Of a stretch of DNA of 64,000 bases, positions 49,778-60,204 are shown in pieces (position 1 is the stretch's first letter; the number at the start of each line of letters is the position of its first letter). The DNA is from Sedimentisphaerales bacterium (GTDB taxonomy: Bacteria > Planctomycetota > Phycisphaerae > Sedimentisphaerales > SM23-30). The notes under the pieces are model-generated. The model was not told the origin of the DNA. It saw only the letters and a list, made by a program, of their open reading frames with translations, and searched no databases. The translations under genes and the position numbers were made by a program. Where the stretch lies: assembly GCA_963666285.1 (NCBI GenBank), contig OY762711.1; one strand, written 5' to 3'.

Positions 49778-51724
49778 ATGTTCACAAAAGGAGTTTCAAT
49801 TAAGCTATTATCAATAGTCGCAGCTATCTTCCTGGCAATTTCATCAACTAATGCTGAAGTTAAGCTGCCTAAAATTGTAAGCAGCGGCATGGTTCTACAG
49901 CAGCAAGAAACTGTAAACTTTTGGGGATGGGCTGCTCAGGGAGAAAAAATCACAATTTTAACCAGCTGGGGCCAGAAAGCCAATACAACCGCTGACAATA
50001 ATGGAAAATGGATCGTACCCGTTAAAACTCCAAAAGCAGGTGGACCATATACAATATCAATAAGCGGAGAAAACAATATTGAACTTGACGATATCTTGAT
50101 TGGTGAAGTCTGGATATGTTCCGGTCAGTCAAATATGGAATTCCATATGAGCTGGTTAAATTCTGACAGGATCAGAAAAGATGTCCAGGAAAGCAGTAAC
50201 GCCAAACTTAGACTATTTACGGTTAAAAAAGCTTTTTCCCCTACTCCCAAATACGACGTTGAAGGTGAATGGCAAATATGCAAGCCGGAAACGGCAAATG
50301 AATTTTCAGCAACAGCATTTTATTTCGGCCAAAAGATTCAAAAAGAGCTCGGGATACCAGTAGGATTGATCTCAACGAACTGGGGAGGTACAGTAGCTGA
50401 GGCATGGACCAGTAAAGAGGGCCTGGCTGATTTTGAAGAATTCAAATTCAAATTGGATTATATGGAAAACCCGGAAAAGGCATTAAAGGAATTCAGATCT
50501 AAGCAGGATAATGAATTAGATAAATGGTATAGCCAGGTTAAATCTCTTGATCCGGGCACTCAGCAGGAATGGTATTCTGAAGATTATTCATGCAAAGGAT
50601 GGAAACAATTAGAGTTGCCGCAACTCTGGAAAAATATTGAATTGAATGAAGTTGATGGTTCCGTATGGTTTCGTAAAGAAGTTGTACTCGATAACAGCTG
50701 GTCTAATAAAGAGGGTATCATCAGGCTGGCAATGGTAGATGATCTTGACACAACATGGATTAACGGCAAGTTGCTCGGCACAACAAACGGCTGGAATGTC
50801 CAGAGGCAATATAAGATTCCTGAGAATGTATTAAAATCGGGTAAAAACATAATAGCGGTCAGAATAGTTGACTATCAGGGCGAAGGTGGGATCCATGGGG
50901 ATAAAGCTGATTTATATTTATCATGCGAAAACAATAGCAAAAAAATCTCACTAGCCGGCAACTGGAAATATAAAGCAAGTTATAATAAGAGAATACCGGC
51001 ATTTCCTGCAGTAGACACCTATATTCACGAGAATTCTCCGACGACCCTCTATAACGCAATGATTGTGCCCCTGTTAAATTATAAAATAGCAGGAGCTATC
51101 TGGTATCAGGGTGAATCGAACAAAGACAGAGCAATACAATATCGCAGCCTGTTCCCTGCGATGATTAAAGACTGGCGAAATCATTGGGGACAGGGAGATT
51201 TCCCATTTTATTATGTTCAGATTGCTCCTTATAAATATGAATATGCAGGAGAAAGCGAACTGCTGCGTGAAGCACAACTGAAGAGTATGTCAGTACCGAA
51301 TACCGGAATGGCCGTAACACTTGATATTGGCGACTATAACGATATTCACCCCAAAAATAAACATGATGTCGGAGACCGGTTGGCTAGATGGGCGTTAGCT
51401 AAAACATATGGCAAAAATATCGCCTACAGCGGCCCTGTATTCAAATCTATGAAAAAAGAAGGCAATAAGATAAGGCTTTTCTTTGATCACGCTGAAAATG
51501 GCTTGAAAGCCGCCCAAGATGGTCTGAAAGATTTCATGCTTGCAAGTTCCGGCAGTTCATTTGCCCCGGCTGATGCTGTCATAGAAGGCAATACCGTAGT
51601 AGTTTCCAGTAAGTATATAGATAACCCGGTTCATGTACGTTACGGTTGGAGAAACTGGGTAATGGGTACTTTATTTAACTCTGAAGGCCTCCCTGCAAGC
51701 TCTTTCAGAACAGATAGCTATTGA
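49778..51724 (+). CDS. Sialate O-acetylesterase (SASA) with inserted galactose-binding-like domain
   Basis: GEVWICSGQSNM, WGGT, WYQGESN, DIHPKNK and GLPASSFRTD. Confidence 0.93.
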   Translation: MFTKGVSIKLLSIVAAIFLAISSTNAEVKLPKIVSSGMVLQQQETVNFWGWAAQGEKITILTSWGQKANTTADNNGKWIVPVKTPKAGGPYTISISGENNIELDDILIGEVWICSGQSNMEFHMSWLNSDRIRKDVQESSNAKLRLFTVKKAFSPTPKYDVEGEWQICKPETANEFSATAFYFGQKIQKELGIPVGLISTNWGGTVAEAWTSKEGLADFEEFKFKLDYMENPEKALKEFRSKQDNELDKWYSQVKSLDPGTQQEWYSEDYSCKGWKQLELPQLWKNIELNEVDGSVWFRKEVVLDNSWSNKEGIIRLAMVDDLDTTWINGKLLGTTNGWNVQRQYKIPENVLKSGKNIIAVRIVDYQGEGGIHGDKADLYLSCENNSKKISLAGNWKYKASYNKRIPAFPAVDTYIHENSPTTLYNAMIVPLLNYKIAGAIWYQGESNKDRAIQYRSLFPAMIKDWRNHWGQGDFPFYYVQIAPYKYEYAGESELLREAQLKSMSVPNTGMAVTLDIGDYNDIHPKNKHDVGDRLARWALAKTYGKNIAYSGPVFKSMKKEGNKIRLFFDHAENGLKAAQDGLKDFMLASSGSSFAPADAVIEGNTVVVSSKYIDNPVHVRYGWRNWVMGTLFNSEGLPASSFRTDSY

Positions 51725-51820
51725 CCATTATATTTTCTGAATTAAAACTGGCACGGGCAATAAGACACCGATCTTGTTGCCCTTATCTATTTATCGTAAT
51801 ACATTGAAATATATTGAATA

Positions 51821-52570
51821 ATGGAACGAAAAAGCTATATAGTTCAAATTAAATATGATGGTCGGAACTATTCTGGCTGGAGACGCCAAAGCCATGACCA
51901 AAACACTATCCAGCAGGTAATGGAAGAAACTCTTCGCAAAATGACCAATACCAAAGTAAATCTTCACGCGGCTAGCTGGACTGATGCCGGGGTACATGCA
52001 GATTGCCAGATAGCTGTAATGGTACTAAGACAAAACATTGATAAATATGACTTTATGGCAAAAGCAAATTCACTGTTTCCAGAAGACATACGTATCCTTG
52101 ACATAAATCCGGCCCCACCTGGATTTGATCCTATCGGCGGCAATCAAGGTAAACACTATAGATATACAATCTGGAACGGTCAGTCAGGACCTCCAGATAC
52201 GATGACCTGCTGGCATATAGCAAAGCCTTTATCTATTGAAAAAATGCAGATTGCTGCAGATATGCTTGTCGGAACTCATGATTTCCGCGGTATTAAGCTT
52301 GCGAAAGATAGAAGAAAAGATTGTGTGAGAACTATTTTTGCATGTCAAATAACAAGAGAGAATAGTACAATTTTTATCGATATAAAAGGTGACAATTTTA
52401 TCTATATGATGATAAGAACTTTAGCTTCAGCATTAGTTGAAATTGGAACTGAACAGAAAGCCCCTGAATCCATTAGTAAGCTGCTTTCTGCCAAAGATAA
52501 TCGCTTTGCACCTGTCCCAGCCCCAGGAAGCGGACTTTGCCTGTTAAAAATATATTTCGATGAAATATAG
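51821..52570 (+). CDS. truA: tRNA pseudouridine(38-40) synthase family
   Basis: YDGRNYSGW, TDAGVHA, GTHDF, FIYMMIR and APGSGLCL. Confidence 0.85.
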   Translation: MERKSYIVQIKYDGRNYSGWRRQSHDQNTIQQVMEETLRKMTNTKVNLHAASWTDAGVHADCQIAVMVLRQNIDKYDFMAKANSLFPEDIRILDINPAPPGFDPIGGNQGKHYRYTIWNGQSGPPDTMTCWHIAKPLSIEKMQIAADMLVGTHDFRGIKLAKDRRKDCVRTIFACQITRENSTIFIDIKGDNFIYMMIRTLASALVEIGTEQKAPESISKLLSAKDNRFAPVPAPGSGLCLLKIYFDEI

Positions 52571-52938
52571 ACTTAGAAAAAAAAACAACGTCATGTTAAA
52601 AAAAAGTCCCATTTATATCTTTTTATTGTTGACATAATCCTGCTAAATTTGATAAGATAAAATCTCATGAGAAGTGTTTAACTTTATCTAAGTTATTTCT
52701 ATAAGGAAATCTCTGGTAGCTTTCGCAAAAGCGTTTTTGTAATTAATATTTTATTTATTTTTATTTTTTTCAGGAGTTGAGAAGAGTTTTTTAAACTATA
52801 TTCCTTTTTCTAATTATTCAGATCAAGGTGTATATTATGTGGAAGGCTTTTCGGAAAAGGAGACCGTTATATTTCGGTCTAAAAGGTGGATGTGTTTTTG
52901 TTTAGCTTAGAAGGCTTTTTGAAAAGAGATGAGGTCTG

Positions 52939-52966
52939 GCCTGTCATTACTGACAGGCTTTTTTTA
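52939..52966 (+). terminator. Intrinsic terminator in the long intergenic region
   Basis: GCCTGTCA-TTAC-TGACAGGC followed by T7. Confidence 0.75.
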
Positions 52967-53209
52967 TGTCAAAAAATATCCTACTCCATATTCAGCAATA
53001 ATAATTCGTACGAATTATTTGACTATTAAAATTACCTTTCCTATATTCTTATCAAGTGGAGTTCATATCAGCTTTGGTAATACATACAAGCTTTTTGAGG
53101 TATATCATTCTTTCAAAATTAATGCAATTAAGCATTAATATATCTCTGTGGTGTTTTTATAAATCATTATTTATATTTTTCACCATTATTGATTTTGGAG
53201 GTAATGATC

Positions 53210-54868
53210 ATGCTAAAAAAAATATTGTCTTTAGTAATTGTCTTTTTAGTCTCAAATAATATATTGGCTTCTCCTTTTTTCTCAGTAGATTCCGCAGAGG
53301 AATGGCAAACTGTTTTAAGAGCAGAACCAGGCAGCGGGCAATCATTTATCAGGCCCGCCAATCTAAATGATTGGGGTTTACAACAGCAAAATTATGAAGC
53401 CGGTCAGAAGATAGGAGAGCCATATGACCCGATTATATATGGCGATTTTGACATATCAGATCTACTATTATTTCCGGGAGATCCTTCTAACCCAGACGCC
53501 CCCGATGAAGACGTTCTGGTCATGGCATGGGGAACTCAAGACGATATTGGTACAGATAAAGATGTAACTGCTGGTTGGATTTACCAGTATGGCGTTGATC
53601 CGGATCTTAGTAATTGCACTATTAAACTAAAGGTGCACCCCCCTCCTGCAATTACAAACGTCACATTTGGCCTGACTGATATCAATGGTTATCAAATTAG
53701 CTGGAATTGGAATAACCCTGCGAATATTCCTTCTTCGCCGCCAAATCCTCCAACGCTTATTACAATTGATACTTCAAGCTGGCCTTCGTTTGGACCGGCT
53801 ACTCCTTCTCCTGCTGCATATGTATTTACTTATAATCCCTCTTTCGATATAACAAAAGTTGTGTCATTCTTTATCAACGAGACATTTCACTCAACACCAG
53901 GTACTTTTCCTCTGCCAGTTCCCGGAGATGGAACAACAACCAAGCTATGGTGGAATGCCTGGGATGAGTTTGAAGTAACCCCAAACCCAATCGATCCTCC
54001 ACCTGTATACACCAAAAGCCACATCAAGTGGTCACAACCCCCTGTTATCAGAGATAATATGATCTACGGTTGGGACCAGTTGTCAGTGTTTGCAAATGAA
54101 GGCAGATACAAACTGGCAGTTGATGACTGGGAATGTAAAGACCCCAGACCTGTAACAGACTTCCATTGGTGGGGTTCATTTATTGGCTGGACAGAGCCTG
54201 TTCCACCGTCAATAGTTCCAGACTATTTCCTGATAACTATCTGGACTGATATTCCAAAGGGAGTTGATGGATACCTGTATAGCCGCCCCGGCCAGTTAGT
54301 CTGGGCTCATAAATGTGATAAATGGGTATGGAACTACGCGGGGATTGATAAAGATCCTAGATCAAACTACTCACAATATGACAGAGACCTTTTCGGCGAT
54401 CCGATTCAAGGCGAAACCTGCTTCCAGTTTAATCAGCTTTTGAGCGAAGATGAATATTTCTACCAAAAAGGAGAGCGAAATATCTATTGGGTTAGCTTCG
54501 CTGCTGTGTATGAAAACCTGGATCCTACTGATCCCAAACAGGTACCATACCCTTGGGGATGGAAGACCAAACCTCATACAAACCTTGATATTGCCGGAGT
54601 CATTAATGACCTTTCCGGTTCTGTCACCCACCCTCCATATGGCAATACGGTTACAGGATTTTACCCTCTAGTTTTGCCTTTTCCACCAATTGGACCTGAC
54701 ATAGAACCTAAAGGAGAATTTTTTGACTACGCGTTTGAATTGTCAACAAATGCTCCAGACCCAACAAAATGTTATGGACTGGATGGTGACATAAATAACG
54801 ATTGTGTTGTAAACTTGGAAGACTTCGCTACGATGGCAAGTGACTGGTTAAAAACATCAACTAATTAA
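53210..54868 (+). CDS. Secreted Pro/Trp-rich protein with C-terminal dockerin-like domain
   Basis: GGAGGT RBS; signal peptide; C-terminal GDINNDCVVNLEDFATMASDWL. Confidence 0.75.
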   Translation: MLKKILSLVIVFLVSNNILASPFFSVDSAEEWQTVLRAEPGSGQSFIRPANLNDWGLQQQNYEAGQKIGEPYDPIIYGDFDISDLLLFPGDPSNPDAPDEDVLVMAWGTQDDIGTDKDVTAGWIYQYGVDPDLSNCTIKLKVHPPPAITNVTFGLTDINGYQISWNWNNPANIPSSPPNPPTLITIDTSSWPSFGPATPSPAAYVFTYNPSFDITKVVSFFINETFHSTPGTFPLPVPGDGTTTKLWWNAWDEFEVTPNPIDPPPVYTKSHIKWSQPPVIRDNMIYGWDQLSVFANEGRYKLAVDDWECKDPRPVTDFHWWGSFIGWTEPVPPSIVPDYFLITIWTDIPKGVDGYLYSRPGQLVWAHKCDKWVWNYAGIDKDPRSNYSQYDRDLFGDPIQGETCFQFNQLLSEDEYFYQKGERNIYWVSFAAVYENLDPTDPKQVPYPWGWKTKPHTNLDIAGVINDLSGSVTHPPYGNTVTGFYPLVLPFPPIGPDIEPKGEFFDYAFELSTNAPDPTKCYGLDGDINNDCVVNLEDFATMASDWLKTSTN

Positions 54869-54969
54869 ATATACTTGAAAATATAATTATTGATTAATAC
54901 ATACTATTACTAATTATTATAAAAGTAAAATTTCGACTCTGATTATTCAACTCAAAAAGAGTTAGCAAA

Positions 54970-55003
54970 AAGTCCTCCTTTATCTATCGATAAGGAGGAC
55001 TTG
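54970..55003. terminator. Bidirectional terminator
   Basis: AAGTCCTCCTT...AAGGAGGACTT between convergent genes. Confidence 0.7.
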
Positions 55004-55030
55004 TATTTTCTTGATTGGTAAAGTTTAATT

Positions 55031-55711
55031 TCATAAACCAGAGATATGAGAAGGCACATATTCCTGCTGCTGTGTAATCTCTGCCGGCTTATTCTTTTTA
55101 ATTGCTGCCTTTTGGCCAGTTAATTCAGCAGTTGTTGTCGTAATAACACTTTTAGCTTCAAGCTTTTTGAGAACATAATCAAATTCTGAATTATAAACAC
55201 TAGCAACAGCATCTTTTATCAATGTTACGGTCTTATGACGACTTCTAAGCCCTAAACCGGCATACTTAATCGAAGCTTCAAACCCGGCGCCAAAAATTAT
55301 ATAATGATCAAAATCAAAGTTATTGACCAGGCGTTCAAAGCGTTCACAAAGAAATGGATCAAACTCTCTGCGTTCAAAGATTACCTGACGGTACTTATCA
55401 AAAATGTCAGAAGCCAGATCACGCCTGTGTTCTGCACAAAAAACATAATTAGAAAATAAAGTAGTATAACTGACCTTTTTCTGGCCTTTAGTACCTTCAA
55501 TACAAAACTGAGGTTCAATAATATGATCTTCTTCCCGGCACGCTAAAGATGTCGAAATAACCGGTAGTTTATGAACCTTGGCCCAAGCCATAATTCTTCG
55601 CCACTTCAAAAGCATATCCTGCCTTTGAGATTCTAATGTAGGGAGCATATCGAACTGTGTATCGATATCAAGAACTACTTTTTTTTCTCTTTTTCTAAAT
55701 AACTTTGCCAT
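55031..55711 (-). CDS. Isochorismatase-like (cysteine hydrolase fold) protein, degenerate active site
   Basis: VLDIDTQFDM, FCIEGTKG and VTLIKDAV; the Cys nucleophile position reads GAGFEAS. Confidence 0.75.
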   Translation of the reverse strand: MAKLFRKREKKVVLDIDTQFDMLPTLESQRQDMLLKWRRIMAWAKVHKLPVISTSLACREEDHIIEPQFCIEGTKGQKKVSYTTLFSNYVFCAEHRRDLASDIFDKYRQVIFERREFDPFLCERFERLVNNFDFDHYIIFGAGFEASIKYAGLGLRSRHKTVTLIKDAVASVYNSEFDYVLKKLEAKSVITTTTAELTGQKAAIKKNKPAEITQQQEYVPSHISGL

Positions 55712-55984
55712 AACCTACTTTACTCGCTCATCAAAGGTTCTACTTTTACCAACTCCTTATCTCACTTTACGTTTTCGACTATATAATTATGCCACTAAAG
55801 CTAAATATTTATCAAAATAAGAAAAATGAACTACCTACTCTCGCTATTACAGCTCATTTTCTTTTGTAAGATTCTACATACCAATAAGTAAAATCGCCTA
55901 GTTGAAGTCTTGCCCAAATTGTTTTTTTTTTATAATATATTCAGTCTCGACAACATAATATTACTTGCTTAGGAGATTGTTTTT

Positions 55985-56608
55985 TTGACTCTAACAACTA
56001 AAGACATAGAAGTAAAACCAGATAAACTATTTGAAGGAATAGACTTACAAGAGCTATTCCCCAATAGAAACCCACTAGAAATTGAAATTGGTTCAGGTAA
56101 GGGTAACTTTATTAGAGGGCAGGCAGCCGCCCATAAAGATATAAATTTTATCGGAATTGAATGGGCAAATAAGTTCTATAGACACTTTGTTGATCGTGCT
56201 GCCAGAGAAGATTTATCAAATGTAAGGGTTATAAGGACAAATGCCAGTGATTTTATAGAAAAGTATGTCTATGACGAGTCGGTACAGTCTGTCTATATCT
56301 TCTTTCCCGACCCATGGCCTAAAACCAGGCATAATATGAGAAGGTTTATGACAGAACCAAACATCCATAACGTCCACCGCATACTTAAGCCGGGTGGAAA
56401 ACTGCTTTTTGTCACAGACCATGCAGGTTATTACGAATGGACAAAAGCAATGTTTTATGCTAACACAAACGTAAGCAAACTGTTTAAAAAGATTGCTTTT
56501 CCTAAGTTGACAAACGCTCGTGCTGGAGAAATAGTTGGAACAAATTATGAGCGAAAATACATCAAAGAGGGCCGACCATTCTACAAGTTAGCATTTGTGA
56601 AAATCTAG
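55985..56608 (+). CDS. trmB: tRNA (guanine-N7)-methyltransferase
   Basis: EIGSGKG, FIGIE, FFPDPWPK, VTDH and TNYERK. Confidence 0.95.
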   Translation: MTLTTKDIEVKPDKLFEGIDLQELFPNRNPLEIEIGSGKGNFIRGQAAAHKDINFIGIEWANKFYRHFVDRAAREDLSNVRVIRTNASDFIEKYVYDESVQSVYIFFPDPWPKTRHNMRRFMTEPNIHNVHRILKPGGKLLFVTDHAGYYEWTKAMFYANTNVSKLFKKIAFPKLTNARAGEIVGTNYERKYIKEGRPFYKLAFVKI

Positions 56609-56622
56609 CCGTTTTATAACTA

Positions 56623-57804
56623 CTACAGCTTAAAACCAAAACCGGAAAGCATTTTTTTAACTTCGTTTTCAATGGAGTTGCTCCCATTCAAAACTATTTT
56701 TGTATTCGCGGCCTCTCGCCTTATAGGATAATTTTTTCGCAAATGGTCAAAATATGAACCAATATTACCAGGTTCTTTAGAAAGAATTTCTCTCATATTT
56801 GAATCGTCATATTGAATGTCATATATAGATTTTACTGCTGATGAAAGTACTTCTTCAGCAGTGTTAAATCTGGAAAGGTCATATTCGAGACATTTAACTG
56901 ATGGTTCAGGCATAAACTCTGAAGAATCAATATGTGGCTCCATATCGATAAAACCACATAATGCTTCATAAAGCATTCTTGTCCCGTTTACCTTGCCATC
57001 AAAGGAATAGCCTGCTATATGGGGAGTAGCAATCTGTGTCATTTTCACCAGTTCCAAATCAGGAGTTGGCTCATTTTCCCATACATCGAGAATAGCATGA
57101 TTACTACTATGTTCTGCTAACCAGCCTTTAAGTGAGTTATTACATACTACCGGCCCGCGAGAGGAATTAATTAAAATCGAATTATGACCTAAAAGTGATA
57201 ATTCCTGTTCAGATAAGAGATGATAAGTTTTATCTGTGCCTTCTTTTGTTAATGGAACATGGCAGGTAACTATATCAGCGTTAAGAACTTCTTCAAGAGA
57301 CGAATACCTGTCCGAATCAGAAATTCTAGCTAAAGGAGGGTCATTAAGCAAAACTTTCATTCCAATAGCTTTTGCCTTAGCTTCAACCAGAGTCCCAATA
57401 TTACCTACTCCGATAATGCCTATACTTTTATCAGACAAAGAAAACGATAGCCTCCCTGCCATAACGAGCAAGGCAGAAAATACATATTCAGCTACAGAAT
57501 TAGCATTAGAACCGGCAGAATTAGTAAAAAATATTCCTCTTTTTTTTAGGTATTCCTGATCAATATGATCAATTCCTATCGTAGCTGTACCAACAAATTT
57601 AATTTTAGAATCATGCAAGAGTGATTCATTTACTTGCGTTACAGACCTGACAAGAAGCACATCTGCATCAGATACGATTTTACTGGTTATCTCTCTGGCA
57701 GAAAGAGTGTTAACTTCCCCTATCTCATTAAAAAATTCGTTTACATATGGGATATTTTCATCAGCAACAATCTTATATTTATAATTATTCTGCATATAGT
57801 TCAA
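56623..57804 (-). CDS. pdxB: Erythronate-4-phosphate dehydrogenase
   Basis: IVADENIPY, LLVRSVT, TATIGIDH, LNDPP, LDVWENEP, TPHIAGYS and LRKNYPIRRE. Confidence 0.95.
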   Translation of the reverse strand: MNYMQNNYKYKIVADENIPYVNEFFNEIGEVNTLSAREITSKIVSDADVLLVRSVTQVNESLLHDSKIKFVGTATIGIDHIDQEYLKKRGIFFTNSAGSNANSVAEYVFSALLVMAGRLSFSLSDKSIGIIGVGNIGTLVEAKAKAIGMKVLLNDPPLARISDSDRYSSLEEVLNADIVTCHVPLTKEGTDKTYHLLSEQELSLLGHNSILINSSRGPVVCNNSLKGWLAEHSSNHAILDVWENEPTPDLELVKMTQIATPHIAGYSFDGKVNGTRMLYEALCGFIDMEPHIDSSEFMPEPSVKCLEYDLSRFNTAEEVLSSAVKSIYDIQYDDSNMREILSKEPGNIGSYFDHLRKNYPIRREAANTKIVLNGSNSIENEVKKMLSGFGFKL

Positions 57805-57916
57805 ACCTGCGTTTTATAGAAGCCTGGTTCATATTTCTTCAAAGTTGTTCTAAGATAAAACTATCAAATTGCAATAAAACTATTGACCTATTTATCTAAT
57901 TATTTATCATATAAAG

Positions 57917-58006
57917 CCTTAAACTAAAAGTATTGCTGCCGCTTACCTCCCTTCAGGCAGCATTCACCGGCAAGTGGAACTCCCAGACACTTGCCGGACT
58001 TTTTTT
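57917..58006 (+). ncRNA. Candidate small RNA with anti-Shine-Dalgarno loops
   Basis: Promoter TTGACC-N16-TATCAT; hairpin with ACCTCCC loop; terminator hairpin followed by T7. Confidence 0.45.
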
Positions 58007-58090
58007 CCGGCTGGTATCATAGGCAATGTTATATTAAAAGGGAAATTATAACTAGAATTGGTTTTTGAAACAAGCTGTAGTAAAAATAGT

Positions 58091-59146
58091 TTAGGCATGC
58101 TCTGCTAATTTTTGCCGTATCAGATCTGCCCTGAACTGATCTCTGTGGGCTGCTTCCAGATTGTTTCCACATAGAAATTGTAGATGAGCCGGTTGTACAA
58201 GCAGCATTATTTCATTAATTACTCTTAAGGGTATCTCAATTTTTCCCATGGACACTCCCATACGCAACTGACTTAGGAAAAACATCGCTTCCTGAGAAGT
58301 AATCAACCTTGCATTTGTCAGGATACCCATCGCCCTGTATATCTTGTCATCCACCAAAACAGGGGATTCTTTTAATAGCTTTTCACGAGCCCGGCGTTCA
58401 TATTCAACAATAGGTTCAATCGCTAAACTTGTTATCTCTTCAATAATCTGTTCTTCTGTTTTACCTAAGGTTGTTTGATTTGAGACCTGAAATAAATCCC
58501 CGGCAGGCTCGCTGCCTTCGCCATGTTGACCGCGAACAGCAAGATGCATATCTCTTGCCGCATTTAATACCTTCTCAATCTGCTTAGTAATATGCAATGC
58601 AGGTAAATGCAGCATTGCCGAAATTCTTATACCAGTACCTACATTAGTTGGACATGCGGTTAAATATCCATATTGAGCAGAAAAAGCATAACTGACCTTC
58701 TCCTGAAACTTATCTTCAATACCAATGACTTCCTTCCATGCAGAATCAATATCCAATCCACTGCTGAAAGCCTGTATCCGAAGATGGTCTTCTTCGTTGA
58801 TCATAACAGAAAGAGATTCATTAGGTGATACTACAACGGCAGTACCTTCACAATCATTAGCAAGCCTCTCTGTTATAATATAACGCTCAGCCAAAATTGC
58901 ACGTTCCAAAGGCAGCATATTTTCTAAACTTTTGAATACCATATTTTCTGAATAAAATGGCATTTTCAGCTGCTCGGCCGCAAATTCAATAATTTCCTGA
59001 CGTTTTTCTTTACATGCCCTGGAGACAAACGGAAACCCAGAAAAATTTCTGGCCAACCGTACCCTGCTGGATATTACAATATCAGATAACGGTCCTGAAC
59101 CATCCATCCATTCAGCCAGATTGTGATAATTCCCGCTTATATCCAT
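58091..59146 (-). CDS. mcsB: Protein arginine kinase
   Basis: ISSRVRLARN, MINEEDHLRIQ, GYLTACPTNVGTG and FQVSNQTTLG. Confidence 0.95.
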   Translation of the reverse strand: MDISGNYHNLAEWMDGSGPLSDIVISSRVRLARNFSGFPFVSRACKEKRQEIIEFAAEQLKMPFYSENMVFKSLENMLPLERAILAERYIITERLANDCEGTAVVVSPNESLSVMINEEDHLRIQAFSSGLDIDSAWKEVIGIEDKFQEKVSYAFSAQYGYLTACPTNVGTGIRISAMLHLPALHITKQIEKVLNAARDMHLAVRGQHGEGSEPAGDLFQVSNQTTLGKTEEQIIEEITSLAIEPIVEYERRAREKLLKESPVLVDDKIYRAMGILTNARLITSQEAMFFLSQLRMGVSMGKIEIPLRVINEIMLLVQPAHLQFLCGNNLEAAHRDQFRADLIRQKLAEHA

Positions 59147-59160
59147 AAAACTCACCAAAT

Positions 59161-59655
59161 TTAACAATTATTAGTATGAGACAGCTGAGATATTTCATCT
59201 CTGATCTTAGCAGCTGCTTCATAATCTTCTTTATCTAACGCTCGCTGTAGCTCATGCTTGAGCTTCATACATTTAAGTTGATTAGCTCCCGATCTGGCAG
59301 CTTCTCCGGCATTACGGCCAATATGCCTGGTAGCACCTTCATGCGCCCTGGCTATTACCTGCTCAATAGCTTCACCAAAAACATCATAGTCATTTGGACA
59401 TCCCAACAGACCTGTCTTTCTAAACTCTGCCCAGTTCATATTGCAGTCGGGGCAGGTAATTTCATTTAATTTATCAACTTCCTTGTGCGCATCTACCAGA
59501 TGATTAAACATTTTATCAAGAGGAACATGTGACTTAACAACAATACCCTCTTCAGAAGCACATTCTTTACAAAGGTGCCTTTCTACTTTTTCACCATTAT
59601 TTACTTCCGTCAGGTGAACAGTAGCCTGGTTTTGTTGACATTTATCACATTTCAT
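59161..59655 (-). CDS. mcsA: Protein arginine kinase activator
   Basis: CxxC motifs, LGCPND and a C-terminal UVR domain (EDYEAAAKIRDEI). Confidence 0.93.
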   Translation of the reverse strand: MKCDKCQQNQATVHLTEVNNGEKVERHLCKECASEEGIVVKSHVPLDKMFNHLVDAHKEVDKLNEITCPDCNMNWAEFRKTGLLGCPNDYDVFGEAIEQVIARAHEGATRHIGRNAGEAARSGANQLKCMKLKHELQRALDKEDYEAAAKIRDEISQLSHTNNC

Positions 59656-59811
59656 AGTTTCACTCCAGAAAACATTCCGGCATATCTTTTTCTCTTTTAG
59701 AGAGAAAGAAAGTCTCTTTACTAATATTCCTGCTCAACTAAATTATACAGCCAGCAAGATAAAAAACTAAACCTTATATTTAATAATAGTCATAAACACT
59801 ACTAAAAAGCA

Positions 59812-60204
59812 CTATAAAGTTACCATTGCCTTACAATTAGGGGCTTCCTCAACAACAACTTTCTCTAATTTAACTCCATCTGGTAGTGACGATATTACCT
59901 GGTTCATAAAATATTCTGCCATTCTCTCAGCTGTTGGCGGTCTATCCTTAAATAATGCCAGATTGTTCACAAGCGTACAACCAGAAAGAGGCATTGCAGC
60001 ACTTTTAACAATTTTCTCTAATTCGATGAAATCCATAACAAAACCATGACTATCAAGCTTTTCTGATAATACCTCAACCTCAACCTGCCAATGATGAGAA
60101 TGTGGAGGCTCTTCCGAACCATCAGCCAGAATTGTATAGTGTCTGGCCTCAAAGTCATGCTTTACTGATACTGAATACTTCATCTGTGTGCCTGTGCTTA
60201 TCAT
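59812..60204 (-). CDS. queD: 6-carboxytetrahydropterin synthase family
   Basis: FEARH, PHSHHW, GFVMDF, PTAERMA and EEAP. Confidence 0.8.
   Translation of the reverse strand: MISTGTQMKYSVSVKHDFEARHYTILADGSEEPPHSHHWQVEVEVLSEKLDSHGFVMDFIELEKIVKSAAMPLSGCTLVNNLALFKDRPPTAERMAEYFMNQVISSLPDGVKLEKVVVEEAPNCKAMVTL

Noticed and set aside
51749..51783. TGGCAC as a sigma54 promoter for truA
   Set aside because: No TTGC at -12; the sequence is part of a GGGCAA/TTGCCC hairpin.
31046..60204. queE and queD as a 7-deazaguanine DNA-modification (dpd) island
   Set aside because: The genes are 28 kb apart among housekeeping genes with no dpdA/tgt-like gene; ordinary queuosine synthesis is the simpler explanation.
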